Shown in pieces: positions 1 to 9,419 of a stretch of 64,000 nt of DNA (positions are counted from its first letter, which is position 1; each line of letters begins with the position of its first letter). The position numbers were made by a program, and so were the translations under genes. Below the pieces are notes generated by a model, which worked only from the letters and a program-made list of their open reading frames with translations, was not told where the DNA came from and searched no databases. This DNA is from an uncultured Actinomycetes bacterium (GTDB taxonomy: Bacteria; Actinomycetota; Thermoleophilia; RBG-16-64-13): contig CAWJDT010000001.1 in assembly GCA_963841735.1 (NCBI GenBank), positions 512,001 to 576,000 on the forward strand, in the 5' to 3' direction.

Positions 1-1016
1 TCCGACCAAACTCCGCCCTCCCACTTGCAGCGCTCGAGTACGTAGTAGGCCCGATCGCGTTCGTCTCCCCCGCTCCAGACGAGCAGAATGCTCTCGTCGC
101 CTATCTGAGGAATGCCCCATACGTCGGTGGGCATTGCGGGGCCGCCGTCCTCTTCGTTCTCGACGCGCGTACGCAACCGCCACACATTGCCCGGCTCGTT
201 GTATTCGTTGTAGATGATGGCCCGGAATTCCCAGTAGCCGTCGGGTATGTCGGCGGAGTTGAAGGTGTAGGAGAAGTAGGCCGAAGTGACCTTGCCTTCG
301 GTGTCGGTGGTGTATTGGAGGTTCTCTAGACGGTAGTCATTGGCCGGGTCTCCGAGACGTTCGGACTGGCCGTTGCTGTCGACCAACACCAGCCGCGCGT
401 ACACGTCGCGCACACTCATGCCCGGCTCGTTGAGGTTGTTGAGCACTAGGCCCCAGTCGGCCTCGGCTACATAGCAGATCAGAGTGTGTGCCTGGCTCGG
501 ATAGAGCATGGGAAATGGCGTCTCCAGCGGATCGTCTAGAGAATGCGACATGACCAACTGCGACACCCGCGGTCCCAGGAACTGTTCGTGGATCATGGTG
601 GCCATGGAGACCGTTTTGCCCTCCGGCGTAGCCTCCGGCGGACCCGTCCAACTCACGGTGACTGTCACCTTCTTGAGCAGCCCGTTTTCATATACCGACT
701 CCTCCACCGCGTACCCAATATCGAAGGAGATGTCCCGTTGGGTTTCGGTGACGCCGAACCGAGTCTCGAGGTCATCTCCCTCGGTGGGGATATCCCGGGA
801 GTCCAGCTGCCGAATCTGCTCGATCTTCTCTCTGGCGATATTGGTGGCCTCGCTCCTGTAGCGCACTACCGAGGCCTGCGTGAGCCCGGTGAGAAAGAAC
901 GGAACGATGCCCGCCATGGCAAAGAGCAGGAGAAGCGAAGCCACGAGCACCTCCACCAAAGTGAAGCCCTCGCGACGAATGAACTTGTGTAGCCTGCGTT
1001 TGATCCTACTACCCAC
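1..1016 (-). CDS. Type IV prepilin-like protein (N-terminal methylation motif) with a fibronectin-III-like downstream region; runs off the window edge
   Basis: Absent from the ORF track because it has no stop in the window. GTG at 1016 after GGAGAAGG; translates MGSRIKRRLHKFIRREG|FTLVEVLVASLLLLFAMAGIVPFF...IAREKIEQIR (class III signal G|FTLxE). The same frame near base 1 reads ILLVWSGGDERDRAYYVLERC. Confidence 0.85.
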   Translation of the reverse strand, partial: MGSRIKRRLHKFIRREGFTLVEVLVASLLLLFAMAGIVPFFLTGLTQASVVRYRSEATNIAREKIEQIRQLDSRDIPTEGDDLETRFGVTETQRDISFDIGYAVEESVYENGLLKKVTVTVSWTGPPEATPEGKTVSMATMIHEQFLGPRVSQLVMSHSLDDPLETPFPMLYPSQAHTLICYVAEADWGLVLNNLNEPGMSVRDVYARLVLVDSNGQSERLGDPANDYRLENLQYTTDTEGKVTSAYFSYTFNSADIPDGYWEFRAIIYNEYNEPGNVWRLRTRVENEEDGGPAMPTDVWGIPQIGDESILLVWSGGDERDRAYYVLERCKWEGGVWS

Positions 1017-1114
1017 GGCCGGCACCTTCTCCCAGGAGATGACGCTCGGCTCGGACTCCTACGACTCCGGATTCGGTGCCCGGCCTCTGCCGACAGACGT
1101 TCCCCATGGTCCCC

Positions 1115-1141
1115 ATATCGGCAAATCGAGTGGAATCTTTA
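1115..1141 (-). promoter_or_regulatory. Sigma-28 (FliA/SigD/WhiG-type) promoter
   Basis: Minus strand reads TAAA-gattccactcgattt(15 nt)-GCCGATAT, matching the TAAA-N15-GCCGATA(A/T) consensus, about 100 nt upstream of the prepilin start. Confidence 0.75.
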
Positions 1142-1279
1142 GTAACGTCAAGGAACACATACCCAGGTATCGCCTACCTGACTCCGAGAAGATAACCACT
1201 CTGCCGAAGCCTGAATCGCAAAAGCCGATGCGACAACGCGCGACCGACACGGCACATCGGGCTTCGCTGCTAGTCGCTG

Positions 1280-2191
1280 CTAGCGACCACCCGTACGCCG
1301 TGCCGCGCAGTAGGCAGGCACTGACTTCACAAATGAGGCCAGGGTGTAGCGACGCAAACCGTAGCGCAGAGCCCTCGCGTGACAGACAAGACTCTGTACC
1401 GCCCTGCCGTTCTGGGCATTTACCAAGCCCAGTCGGCTTAGCTTCCTGCCGAGCATCACGGGAGCCAGCGCTTTGAGGTCATCGCCAAAAACGTCCAGGT
1501 ATATCCCAAGATTCACGAGTTCCTCTCTGAATCTTCTGCCCCTGCGCATGGCGTCGGTCTGCCGGGACGGACACGTGTCATCCTGGTAGTAGAGCGTTCT
1601 GGGAACGTAGTAGGGGGGATCCGTCTTGAAACACTGCAGGTACAGCTGCCCCTCATCTGAGACAAGCCGCTCATCGTGTCTACGACGAGGGCCTTCGATT
1701 ATCTCCCGCGAGAAGACGAACCAGTAGTTGCCCCCTATCTTGCCGGACAGGATGTCAGCGTAGTCCCAGTAACCCTCGCGGCGCGTGGGCGCCGCACTGT
1801 CGACCACGCCGTCGCTTCTTCGAACCCAGTCGAATGCGAGCCAATGTCGGCCGTCGATGCCCAGCCGCAAAAGGTATGAGTGCGCCGTGGCAAGTGCATC
1901 AGGGTCAAGCTCGTCATCGTCGTCGAGATAGGTGACAAAACGACCTGCCGCCAAGTCATACCCGACATTCCTTGAAACGTTTGTGCCGCCCTGCCTCTCA
2001 TTCCTGTGATACGTGAAACGTGGGTCTGCCAAATACCCGGCTGCTACCTCTTGGGTGTCGTCGGTCGAACAATCGTCGATGATTATCACCGAGTAGTCCG
2101 TGAAGGTCTGCTGCAGAATACTGTCCAGCGCTCGCGCCAGGTAGGCGGAGCGACTGAACGTTGGAACGATGATGCTGAACGTGGCCGCCAT
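1280..2191 (-). CDS. Glycosyltransferase family 2
   Basis: FSIIVPTFSR, IIIDDCSTD, SRNVG and YLDDDD (DxD) motifs; RBS GGGGAGG. Confidence 0.9.
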   Translation of the reverse strand: MAATFSIIVPTFSRSAYLARALDSILQQTFTDYSVIIIDDCSTDDTQEVAAGYLADPRFTYHRNERQGGTNVSRNVGYDLAAGRFVTYLDDDDELDPDALATAHSYLLRLGIDGRHWLAFDWVRRSDGVVDSAAPTRREGYWDYADILSGKIGGNYWFVFSREIIEGPRRRHDERLVSDEGQLYLQCFKTDPPYYVPRTLYYQDDTCPSRQTDAMRRGRRFREELVNLGIYLDVFGDDLKALAPVMLGRKLSRLGLVNAQNGRAVQSLVCHARALRYGLRRYTLASFVKSVPAYCAARRTGGR

Positions 2192-2268
2192 GAACCGCCC
2201 TCCCCGCCTTCGCCCAACGCGCGTAGTTTGCGTGCCTGTATATCACACTCGCTTTGCCCGCGGAAGCA

Positions 2269-2365
2269 TGGCGGAGCGGCATGGGAATCGAACCCACCCT
2301 GGACGGGATCACCGCCCAACACCGGTTTTGAAGACCGGGCCGGCCACCAGACCGAACGCCGCTCC
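2269..2365 (-). tRNA. selC: tRNA-Sec (anticodon UCA)
   Basis: 8-bp acceptor GGAGCGGC/GCCGCTCC, 6-bp D-stem with TGGT loop, anticodon loop CTTCAAA, long variable arm, 5-bp T-stem with TTCGATT loop, G discriminator and encoded CCA; adjacent to selB. Confidence 0.97.
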
Positions 2366-2440
2366 GGGTAACACTCAGGCTGACATCTTACCTCGCGGAT
2401 CGTCCCGTGCGTTCAAGCCCCAGGCTGGCGGCGACGCTCC

Positions 2441-4660
2441 CTAGCGGCGGCGGCTGCGCAGCCGCCGCGCCTCCCCCACCCGTAGAGTGAGGCCCTCCGA
2501 GTCCATGTGCTCCAACAACGCTTGGGCATAGCGCCGCGATGTACCCAGCAGGTCGCGGGCCTCCGCCAGAGTCAACTGGCCGACCTGTGCCATCGCGGCA
2601 GCAAGGCTGTTCATGAGAACCTGAAGCCTCTCAGGCGGGTAGTAGAGGTCTTCGCCCACTTTGACCAACCGCCCCTGGCGCACCAGAGCGGCCACGAGTT
2701 TCTCCGCCTCGCGGGGGGCAAGCCCCGCCGCTTCGGCCGCAACGGTCACACTGGGGGTCTCGGCGGGCGGCACGCCCACGTCCGGGTCGATGGACCCACC
2801 GACCGCCTCACTGGCGCCGGCGCCGCCCTCCGCGCCGGCCGCTCCGAACTGGGCGAGAAGTCTCTCCACCGGTCCATCGGGATCGCCTGCCGACCCACCG
2901 GAGGCTCCGGCCCACCGATAGCCATGCTCCGTGCGAACCACCTCACCTGCGGCCTGCAGACGCTCCAACGCGGCGTCCAGGGCGGGCGCTTCTTTGCCTT
3001 TGGCGAGGTCGCGCCGCAGTTCCCCCAGAGTCAGATAGGGGTTCAGCGCGTCGCCGTCGGCCCGGGCGCGCAGCGCGGCCAGCGTCGTCTCGACAAGCGC
3101 GAGTAGGGAGGAACCGTGCAGCAGGAGAGCCGTCTGGGGCGCGGCGGCGGGCGCGGCGGAAGACGCGCCGCCTCCCGAGGCCGTGACAGTCGGGCCCGCG
3201 CCTCCGCCCGGGGACGGCGCGCCCACGGCGCCACTTGCCACCACGGCACGGCCGTCCGCCAGCAGGCCGGCGACGGCCGCCCGGATCTGCGGGGCGGCAG
3301 ACCGCCACATGTAAGGACTCGCTTCGAGTCTCCGGCGGACCAGGCCCATAGGAAAGGCTTCTTCCAACAATAGGGTGATGACGGCTTCAGGCACTCCCTG
3401 CTCCAGGAGGGACAGCCGCTCATGCCGTCGAGAGCCGGTGCTGTGCTTGCGCGGAGCGGGGTCGATCACGCGCCCTCCGCCTATGGTGGTCACCGGGGTG
3501 ACCGAGCGCACTATGAACTCGTCGCCGGGATAGACCAGTGTCCGCTCTTCGAAGCGCACTTGCGCGTAGCAGGAATCACCTGGTTCCAGCGACTCCCGGT
3601 CGACCAGCACCACCTTGGCCAGCATCTCGGCCGTGCCGTGATCTACCCGAGCACGGCTCACCCGAGGCAACGGACCAGGAGAGTCGACCAGCAGCACCAG
3701 GCGTACGTCGGCCAGGTAGGTGGGCTCGATGGCCGGGTCCTTGACCACCCACTGCCCCCGCCCGACCTCGTCCCGGTCGACCCCGCTGAGGTTTAGAGCC
3801 ACCCGCTGGCCGGCACCGGCCACGGCCACTTCGCGGTCGTGCACCTGGACACTGCGCACCCGCACCTCTCGCGCCCCGGCAGAGCCCCGTACTCCCTGCG
3901 CCCCGCGCCGGGGCAGGATGGTCACCCGGTCCTCGGCGCTCAGGCTCCCCGACCAAAGGGTGCCGGTGATCACGGTGCCGATGCCTTTGAGGGAGAAGAC
4001 CCGGTCGACCGGCAGACGGGTGGCCGGATAGGGATGGCGGGGCGGCACCGTCGTACCCACCTGCTCAAGCGCGGCCAGCAACTCCGGCAGCCCCTCCGCG
4101 GTCACGCCGCTCACCGGCACCACGGGAGCGGCGCCGTAGGCAGTGGAGCTCAGAAACTCCTCCACGTCGGCGTGCACCAGCTCCACCAGCTCGGAGTCGA
4201 CCATGTCGATCTTGGTGAGCGCCACTACTCCCGCGGGAACACCCAGCAGCTCGATGATACGCAGGTGCTCCCGAGTCTGGGGCATGACGCCGTCGTCGGC
4301 GGCCACCACCAGCAGGAAGAGGTCGATGCCCGAGGCGCCGGCGACCATGGTCTTCACAAAGCGCTCGTGGCCGGGGACGTCCACCACGCTCACGCGACGG
4401 CCGCTGGGGAGGGTCAGCTCGGCGTAGCCCAGCTCGATGCTGATGCCCCGCTCCTTCTCTTCTTTGAGGCGGTCGGTGTCGCGTCCGGTGAGGGCCTTGA
4501 CCAGAGTGGTCTTGCCGTGGTCGATGTGGCCTGCGGTACCTAGGGTGAGAGGCCGGTCGTCGCTGCGCGCCGGTTCGCCGGCCGCCCTCGCGGGCGCCAC
4601 GCCGGGCGCGGCGCCCGCGAGGGCGCCAGGGGTCAACTCAGGGGTGGCGCCGCGGTCCAT
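2441..4660 (-). CDS. selB: Selenocysteine-specific translation elongation factor
   Basis: [41 protein letters not shown]; C-terminal winged helix [20 protein letters not shown]. Confidence 0.96.
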   Translation of the reverse strand: MDRGATPELTPGALAGAAPGVAPARAAGEPARSDDRPLTLGTAGHIDHGKTTLVKALTGRDTDRLKEEKERGISIELGYAELTLPSGRRVSVVDVPGHERFVKTMVAGASGIDLFLLVVAADDGVMPQTREHLRIIELLGVPAGVVALTKIDMVDSELVELVHADVEEFLSSTAYGAAPVVPVSGVTAEGLPELLAALEQVGTTVPPRHPYPATRLPVDRVFSLKGIGTVITGTLWSGSLSAEDRVTILPRRGAQGVRGSAGAREVRVRSVQVHDREVAVAGAGQRVALNLSGVDRDEVGRGQWVVKDPAIEPTYLADVRLVLLVDSPGPLPRVSRARVDHGTAEMLAKVVLVDRESLEPGDSCYAQVRFEERTLVYPGDEFIVRSVTPVTTIGGGRVIDPAPRKHSTGSRRHERLSLLEQGVPEAVITLLLEEAFPMGLVRRRLEASPYMWRSAAPQIRAAVAGLLADGRAVVASGAVGAPSPGGGAGPTVTASGGGASSAAPAAAPQTALLLHGSSLLALVETTLAALRARADGDALNPYLTLGELRRDLAKGKEAPALDAALERLQAAGEVVRTEHGYRWAGASGGSAGDPDGPVERLLAQFGAAGAEGGAGASEAVGGSIDPDVGVPPAETPSVTVAAEAAGLAPREAEKLVAALVRQGRLVKVGEDLYYPPERLQVLMNSLAAAMAQVGQLTLAEARDLLGTSRRYAQALLEHMDSEGLTLRVGEARRLRSRRR

Positions 4661-4676
4661 CGGGGCCCCAGCCCCG

Positions 4677-6233
4677 CTACTGTCCGGAGGGCGCGGCAGA
4701 CGTGCCGGCAGGCGCGCCCGAAGGGACGCCGGCCTCGGCCACTCCCGCCACCAGCCGGTCTATCGCCCAAGCCACGCTTGCGGCCACGGTCTCGAGGTCG
4801 GTCTCCTCCAGGGCTATCACGTCCAGGTGCAGACTGTCGTCAGAGACCCGGCCTATCACCGGCACAGGCGCCCTGCGCAGCTCCGCGTCGAACGCCGACA
4901 CCCCCGCGGGCAACGTCGCGCTACCGGGAGCTGACCCAGAGACCGGCGGCACGGGAAAGCGGACGCGCACCGCGTGCGACGGCAGCTCGGCCAACGGCAT
5001 GGAGCCACCGCCCGCCCGGGCGGTCGAAGTCTCCACTTCTAGGATGAACCCGTCTGAGCAGCGCCTTTCGATGGCCGACTGCAATGCCTCGGCCAGGGCG
5101 GCCGTTTCGGCCACCGGACGGTGCAGGTAGCGCAAGATCGGTATCTCCCTTTCGGCCCGCTCGGGGTCCTGGTAGATCTCGAGGGTGGCCTCCAATGCGG
5201 CTAGGGTCATCTTGTCCAAGCGCAGGGCGCGGGCCACCGGATGGGTGCGCAAGCGGTCGATGATCGGGGCGCTTCCCACCAGGATGCCGGCCTGCGGTCC
5301 TCCCAGCAGCTTGTCGCCGCTGAAACACACAACATCGGCGTCCGCCCGCAACGAGGCGGCCACAGACGGCTCGCCCTGGAAGCACTCCCGGGCGCTAAGG
5401 GCACCGCTGCCCAGGTCGTCGGCAGTGATGAGCCCACGCCGGCGGCCCAGATCCACCAACTCGCCCAGCCCGGCCTCTTCGGTGAAGCCGACAATACGGT
5501 AGTTTGAGGTGTGCACCCGCAGCAGCAGCGCGGTCTCCGGCGTGATGGCGGCTTCGAAATCGTCGATACGCGTGCGGTTGGTCGTACCTACTTCCACTAG
5601 GCGGACCCCGCCCGCCCTGATGATGTCGGGCAGCCGGAACGACCCGCCTATCTCCACCAATTGGCCGCGCGACACCAGCACTTCGCGCCCGGCAGCCAGC
5701 GCCATCAGAAGCAGCAGCGTCGCCCCCGCGTTGTTGTTCACCGCGAAGGCCGCCTCAGCTCCGGTGAGCCGAGTGAGCAGGGACTCCACGTGCACCTCGC
5801 GCCGGCCCCGGGTGCCGCTCTCGAGATCGTACTCCAGGTTGCTGTACGAGCGGGCGACGGCGGCCACACGCTCCACGGCCTTCTGGGCCAGAGGTGACCG
5901 GCCCAGGTTGGTGTGCACCACCACTCCGGTGAGATTCATAAGAGGCCGCAATCCCTGCCTGCTCCACTGCTCGAGCACCGCGGCCGCCCGCGCCAGGAGA
6001 GCCTCCGGGGAAACTCCCGCGGTCGCCGCGACCCCAAGAGTGCCGACCCCGTCTGCCGGCGCCCCAGCGACGGCCGCCATGATCTCTCGCCGGACCGCCT
6101 CCACAGCGCTGCGCACGGCTTCGACCACTTGAGCGCGAGGGTGACCTTCTAGCAGTTCCGCGGCCGCGTCGTGGCTCACCAGTTCCTCCACGGAGGGCAG
6201 ACCACGCAACGCCCGCTGTGTGACCTCGTCCAT
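4677..6233 (-). CDS. selA: L-seryl-tRNA(Sec) selenium transferase
   Basis: [55 protein letters not shown] (PLP lysine). Start placed at ATG 6233 to avoid overlapping the upstream gene. Confidence 0.96.
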   Translation of the reverse strand: MDEVTQRALRGLPSVEELVSHDAAAELLEGHPRAQVVEAVRSAVEAVRREIMAAVAGAPADGVGTLGVAATAGVSPEALLARAAAVLEQWSRQGLRPLMNLTGVVVHTNLGRSPLAQKAVERVAAVARSYSNLEYDLESGTRGRREVHVESLLTRLTGAEAAFAVNNNAGATLLLLMALAAGREVLVSRGQLVEIGGSFRLPDIIRAGGVRLVEVGTTNRTRIDDFEAAITPETALLLRVHTSNYRIVGFTEEAGLGELVDLGRRRGLITADDLGSGALSARECFQGEPSVAASLRADADVVCFSGDKLLGGPQAGILVGSAPIIDRLRTHPVARALRLDKMTLAALEATLEIYQDPERAEREIPILRYLHRPVAETAALAEALQSAIERRCSDGFILEVETSTARAGGGSMPLAELPSHAVRVRFPVPPVSGSAPGSATLPAGVSAFDAELRRAPVPVIGRVSDDSLHLDVIALEETDLETVAASVAWAIDRLVAGVAEAGVPSGAPAGTSAAPSGQ

Positions 6234-6297
6234 CAGCGCCGGCTCCGCGCCACCCGTGTAGCCCGGCGCGCCCGCGCCGCCCGTATGACTTGCCGCC

Positions 6298-7329
6298 TCA
6301 CCGCTGTCTATCCAAGAAGTATCCGGCCATGGAGGCCAGCATCTCGCGGGCGGGCGAATCCCGCACCGGCTCCAAGCACCGCCGAGCCTTCTCGATGAGC
6401 ACGGCCGCCAGGTTCTGCGCATACTCGAGGGAGCCGTAGCGCCGCATCAGCTCCACCACCTCGTCCGCCTGCTCTGGGGTCTTCGCGCTTCTCAACCGCA
6501 ACAGCTCGATGAGCCGCGCCCGGTCCTGGCCGCTCGCCTCGGTCAAGCAGTGGATCACCATGAGGGTGCGCTTGCTCTCGTAGACGTCGCTCAAATAGTC
6601 CTTGCCCATGGTGTCGACGTCGCCCAAGATGTTAAGGAGGTCGTCCTGGATCTGAAAAGCAATAGAACATTCTTTCCCAAAGCCTTCAAACGCTGCTATC
6701 TCCTGGGCCGTGCCCCCGCCGATGAGTGCTCCCACCTTGAGGGGAGCTATGCCGCTGTAGTAGCCGGTCTTGCCCAAAGCCATCGCCAGGTAGTCGTCGG
6801 GTGTGAGGTCGTAGAGGTCGTCACGCACCCAGCCCACGTCTAGGGCTTGGCCCTCCACGGTGCGCTGGCTCATCTCGCCGATAACGTCGAGCACAGCTAT
6901 CTTGGTGCGGTCGTCCAGCAGAGGATCGCGCACCACTATGGTGCAGACCAGCCCGAGGGCGTAGTCGCCGGCGTTGATGGTCAGGGCTTCCCCATGCAGG
7001 ATATGCGCGCACTTCTGCCCGCGCCTGAGGACGCTCTCGTCCATAATGTCGTCGTGCAGCAGAGCGGCGGCGTGGAACACCTCGATGGCACAGCCACCAG
7101 CCAAGGCTTTGCGGGCTTCTCCGCCCACGGCCTCGCAGGCCAGCATGGCCATAGCCGGGCGGGTCCGCTTGCCCCCGCGGGTGATGAACTCGTCCAGGAT
7201 GCCATACAGGTAGCGGTGAAGCGGGGAGCCCTGGGGAACGACGTTCAGATACCTACGCAGGTACTCGTCGATCTGCGGACTGACCGAGACGAGGTAATCG
7301 ACAAAAAGGTCACTAGTGCCCATGGGCAC
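6298..7329 (-). CDS. trans-Polyprenyl diphosphate synthase (IdsA/GGPPS-like)
   Basis: GGKRTRP, first Asp-rich motif HDDIMD-RRG, GQALD, KT, second motif FQIQDDLLN, and GK..SD..E.KRT. Confidence 0.92.
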   Translation of the reverse strand: MPMGTSDLFVDYLVSVSPQIDEYLRRYLNVVPQGSPLHRYLYGILDEFITRGGKRTRPAMAMLACEAVGGEARKALAGGCAIEVFHAAALLHDDIMDESVLRRGQKCAHILHGEALTINAGDYALGLVCTIVVRDPLLDDRTKIAVLDVIGEMSQRTVEGQALDVGWVRDDLYDLTPDDYLAMALGKTGYYSGIAPLKVGALIGGGTAQEIAAFEGFGKECSIAFQIQDDLLNILGDVDTMGKDYLSDVYESKRTLMVIHCLTEASGQDRARLIELLRLRSAKTPEQADEVVELMRRYGSLEYAQNLAAVLIEKARRCLEPVRDSPAREMLASMAGYFLDRQR

Positions 7330-7358
7330 GACGATAGCACACGACGAACGGGGGTCCC

Positions 7359-8273
7359 CTAGTTTGACGCGCCCGTCTGGTCGACCAGTACGAAGCTGGT
7401 CAGATCACCCTGGGCCACGATGCGCTGCTTGGCGCTGTAAATGGGGTGACAGGCGGCAAGCGATACTTGTTCGCGCCCCAACTGCTTGACCGCCTCCACC
7501 TCGTCGGGGGACACGATGATGACTCGAGTAACCGTGTACCTGGCGACCGCGTAGGGCAGGACCAACTGGATCTCGTCACCAGGCTCCAGCTCGTTGATCT
7601 TGAAGAACGGCGCCCCGTAGGTGGTCCGATGTCCCGAGACCACGAAGTTGCCTACCTGTCCCGGCCAGGGAGTCTCGTCCCAGTGCCCTGGGCCTATCTT
7701 GAGGAAGCGCTTGCCGGTGCCCTCCACCATGACCACATCCACGCCGATCTTGGGAATGACGACGCGGCCTATAGGCTTGCCGGGTTGCACTGTGAGTTCG
7801 TATGCATCCGCCGCGGCGTGGAACGCCTCGAGCTGAGCCGTGCGCTCGGCTTCGGCCGCCGCAAGCGCGGCCTCTGCCGCCGCCTTGTCGGCCGCCGCGG
7901 CGGCAGCGACCGCGGCCTCTTCGGCGCTCAGTTCCATCGGCTGGAAGTCGCTGTCGGAAAGGGTCGCCTGAGTCGCGGCTATCCCCGGGTTCGCTGCAGC
8001 CAAATCGGCGCGGAGCCCACGCTGCTGGATGGCGGTGTAGGCGCAGGTGCCCCCGTAGTAGGCGGGAATGATAAGGATGCCCACCGCGATCAGAATCCAA
8101 CTGGCCCAGCGGGCGATCCGGCGGCCGCGGCTCCGCTTAGCGGCTGCGACCTGGGGTTCTGGGGCGATTTCCGCGTCGGGGGAGGCATCCGCCGGGGAGC
8201 CGGTCGTCGCCGGAGGTGTCGCCGGCAGGTTCACCGGGATCTTGGCCCAAGGGTCTATCGGGTCTTCGGGCAT
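7359..8273 (-). CDS. Sortase (class E-like)
   Basis: N-terminal TM helix (WILIAVGILIIPAYY), IGRVVIPKIGVD, GPGHW, SGHRTTYGAPF (His), SLAACHP (Cys), QRIV (Arg). Start uncertain: ATG 8273 preferred, but the frame is open to TTG 8468. Confidence 0.9.
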   Translation of the reverse strand: MPEDPIDPWAKIPVNLPATPPATTGSPADASPDAEIAPEPQVAAAKRSRGRRIARWASWILIAVGILIIPAYYGGTCAYTAIQQRGLRADLAAANPGIAATQATLSDSDFQPMELSAEEAAVAAAAAADKAAAEAALAAAEAERTAQLEAFHAAADAYELTVQPGKPIGRVVIPKIGVDVVMVEGTGKRFLKIGPGHWDETPWPGQVGNFVVSGHRTTYGAPFFKINELEPGDEIQLVLPYAVARYTVTRVIIVSPDEVEAVKQLGREQVSLAACHPIYSAKQRIVAQGDLTSFVLVDQTGASN

Positions 8274-8282
8274 GTTGCGTCC

Positions 8283-8450
8283 GTTCGTCGACCATATCAA
8301 GGGAGAGTATAGCTTGAACCCATATCGGCAACTGTCGCTGGTGGGATTATCTCCACCCGGGTCTGCTTCCATGGCGGCTCTGTCCGCCTGGCTTAAGAGA
8401 GCGCCGGCGGCCACGATGAGACTGTAGCTGGTAACTCCCAAGCCTGCGGC
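8283..8450 (+). ncRNA. Candidate structured non-coding RNA (6S-like rod with central bubble); tentative
   Basis: Hand folding on the + strand gives GGGAG/CTCCC, TAGCT/AGCTG, an unpaired bubble, a 10-bp GTCGCTGGTG/CGCCGGCGGC stem with 3 G-U pairs, and CCGGG/CCTGG. Short motifs (GTTCG, CTTGAACC, AGCCTGCGGC) recall 6S RNAs. Competing interpretations are given in the findings. Confidence 0.3.
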
Positions 8451-8471
8451 CAAGACCATCTCGACCAACGC

Positions 8472-8900
8472 TCAGAACGCGTGGATGACCATCCCCTCCA
8501 ACCGGGAGTAGTGCTGCTTGTCGAAAGTCGCCACCCTACTCAGACCCCTCTCCCTCATCCAGCAGGCACTGTAGGCGTCGATGAAGTCGACCTTGGCCTC
8601 CCCGTACGCGAGGAGTGCGTCGATCACAACGTCCGCTTCGGGGATCGCCAAGCCATCCATGCACGCGACGGCCATCGCCCGCTCTTGTACCTCGGACCGG
8701 CCAAGGTGGTAGTAGCCTTCGAGAACCCACACCAATTCGGCCAAAACCATCGCGTTTGTGGTCAGTCTCACCTCTCCTGCCGCCGCCCCCTGGAACAACG
8801 CTTCCACCGCCGCGGCCTGCTCGGGCACGTCGTTGGTGAGGAAGCGAAGAAACACATTGGTGTCGACGAACACCGAGTCCCATTCGGCGCCATGGCCCAT
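8472..8900 (-). CDS. vapC: PIN-domain toxin (VapC family)
   Basis: VFVDTNVFLRFL, LAELVWVL, DFIDA and ATFD acidic PIN residues; directly downstream of an AbrB-fold antitoxin. Confidence 0.9.
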   Translation of the reverse strand: MGHGAEWDSVFVDTNVFLRFLTNDVPEQAAAVEALFQGAAAGEVRLTTNAMVLAELVWVLEGYYHLGRSEVQERAMAVACMDGLAIPEADVVIDALLAYGEAKVDFIDAYSACWMRERGLSRVATFDKQHYSRLEGMVIHAF

Positions 8901-8904
8901 GCGA

Positions 8905-9156
8905 TCAGGCCGCGTCACCGGTTGACCTCCGCCCTCGGTTGGCGGCTGCTTCCGCCCGGATCGCCTCCAGGTCCTGCGGCCCATCGACAGGCACGCTCCC
9001 GCGCAGGGCGAAGATAGAGCGACCAGCAGGGCGCAGGATCATCTCCCCAGCCCTGATCACGACCGTCAGGTGCCCGCCCTCCTCCAACTGGAGTTCGCGC
9101 CTTAGCGCACTGGGTATGGTTATCTGGCCTCGCCGGCCGATGCGAAGGCTTGGCAT
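8905..9156 (-). CDS. AbrB/MazE/SpoVT-family antitoxin
   Basis: RIGRRGQITIPSALRRELQLEEGG...IILRP-like AbrB signature; RBS GGGAGG before ATG 9156. Confidence 0.9.
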   Translation of the reverse strand: MPSLRIGRRGQITIPSALRRELQLEEGGHLTVVIRAGEMILRPAGRSIFALRGSVPVDGPQDLEAIRAEAAANRGRRSTGDAA

Positions 9157-9169
9157 CGGAGCCTCCCTC

Positions 9170-9193
9170 GTATGACTGTATGATGCCATTATA
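9170..9193 (-). promoter_or_regulatory. -10 box and probable autoregulatory operator of the AbrB-VapC operon
   Basis: TATAAT on the minus strand (9193-9188) followed by the direct repeat TCATAC-AG-TCATAC just before the RBS. Confidence 0.55.
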
Positions 9194-9419
9194 TCCTCCC
9201 ATGGCCTTTTCATCCGCAGTATTGATTCTATCCGCATAGCGGAGAGCCCGCGGACGTGACTGCCCTGGATTCTCCACGCCCCGCGCATCTGCCGAGCCTA
9301 CTGTTTGGCGATCAGGGTCGCCTTGCGACTTTCGACCGACCTAGGCGCGTCTGGCCCCCAGCAGGGCGCGTGCCTTATGATGACCACATCACTCGACCAC
9401 ATGGAGGCGGCAGACGATC

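Noticed and set aside
2200-2300. selC as an integration site for a genomic island
   Set aside because: No integrase and no duplicate of the tRNA 3' end were seen in the window.
2385-2416. Sigma-70 promoter for selC (TTGAAC...TAAGAT)
   Set aside because: The 20-nt spacer is too long to call with confidence.
6234-6422. N-terminal extension of SelA in the ORF track
   Set aside because: It overlaps the prenyl synthase 3' end; SelA similarity starts at [10 protein letters not shown].
8290-8420. SAM-I, FMN, cobalamin or SRP identity for the sortase leader
   Set aside because: Only short fragments match (GGAAGCAG, GCAACTGT, GCAGACCCGG); the required cores are absent.
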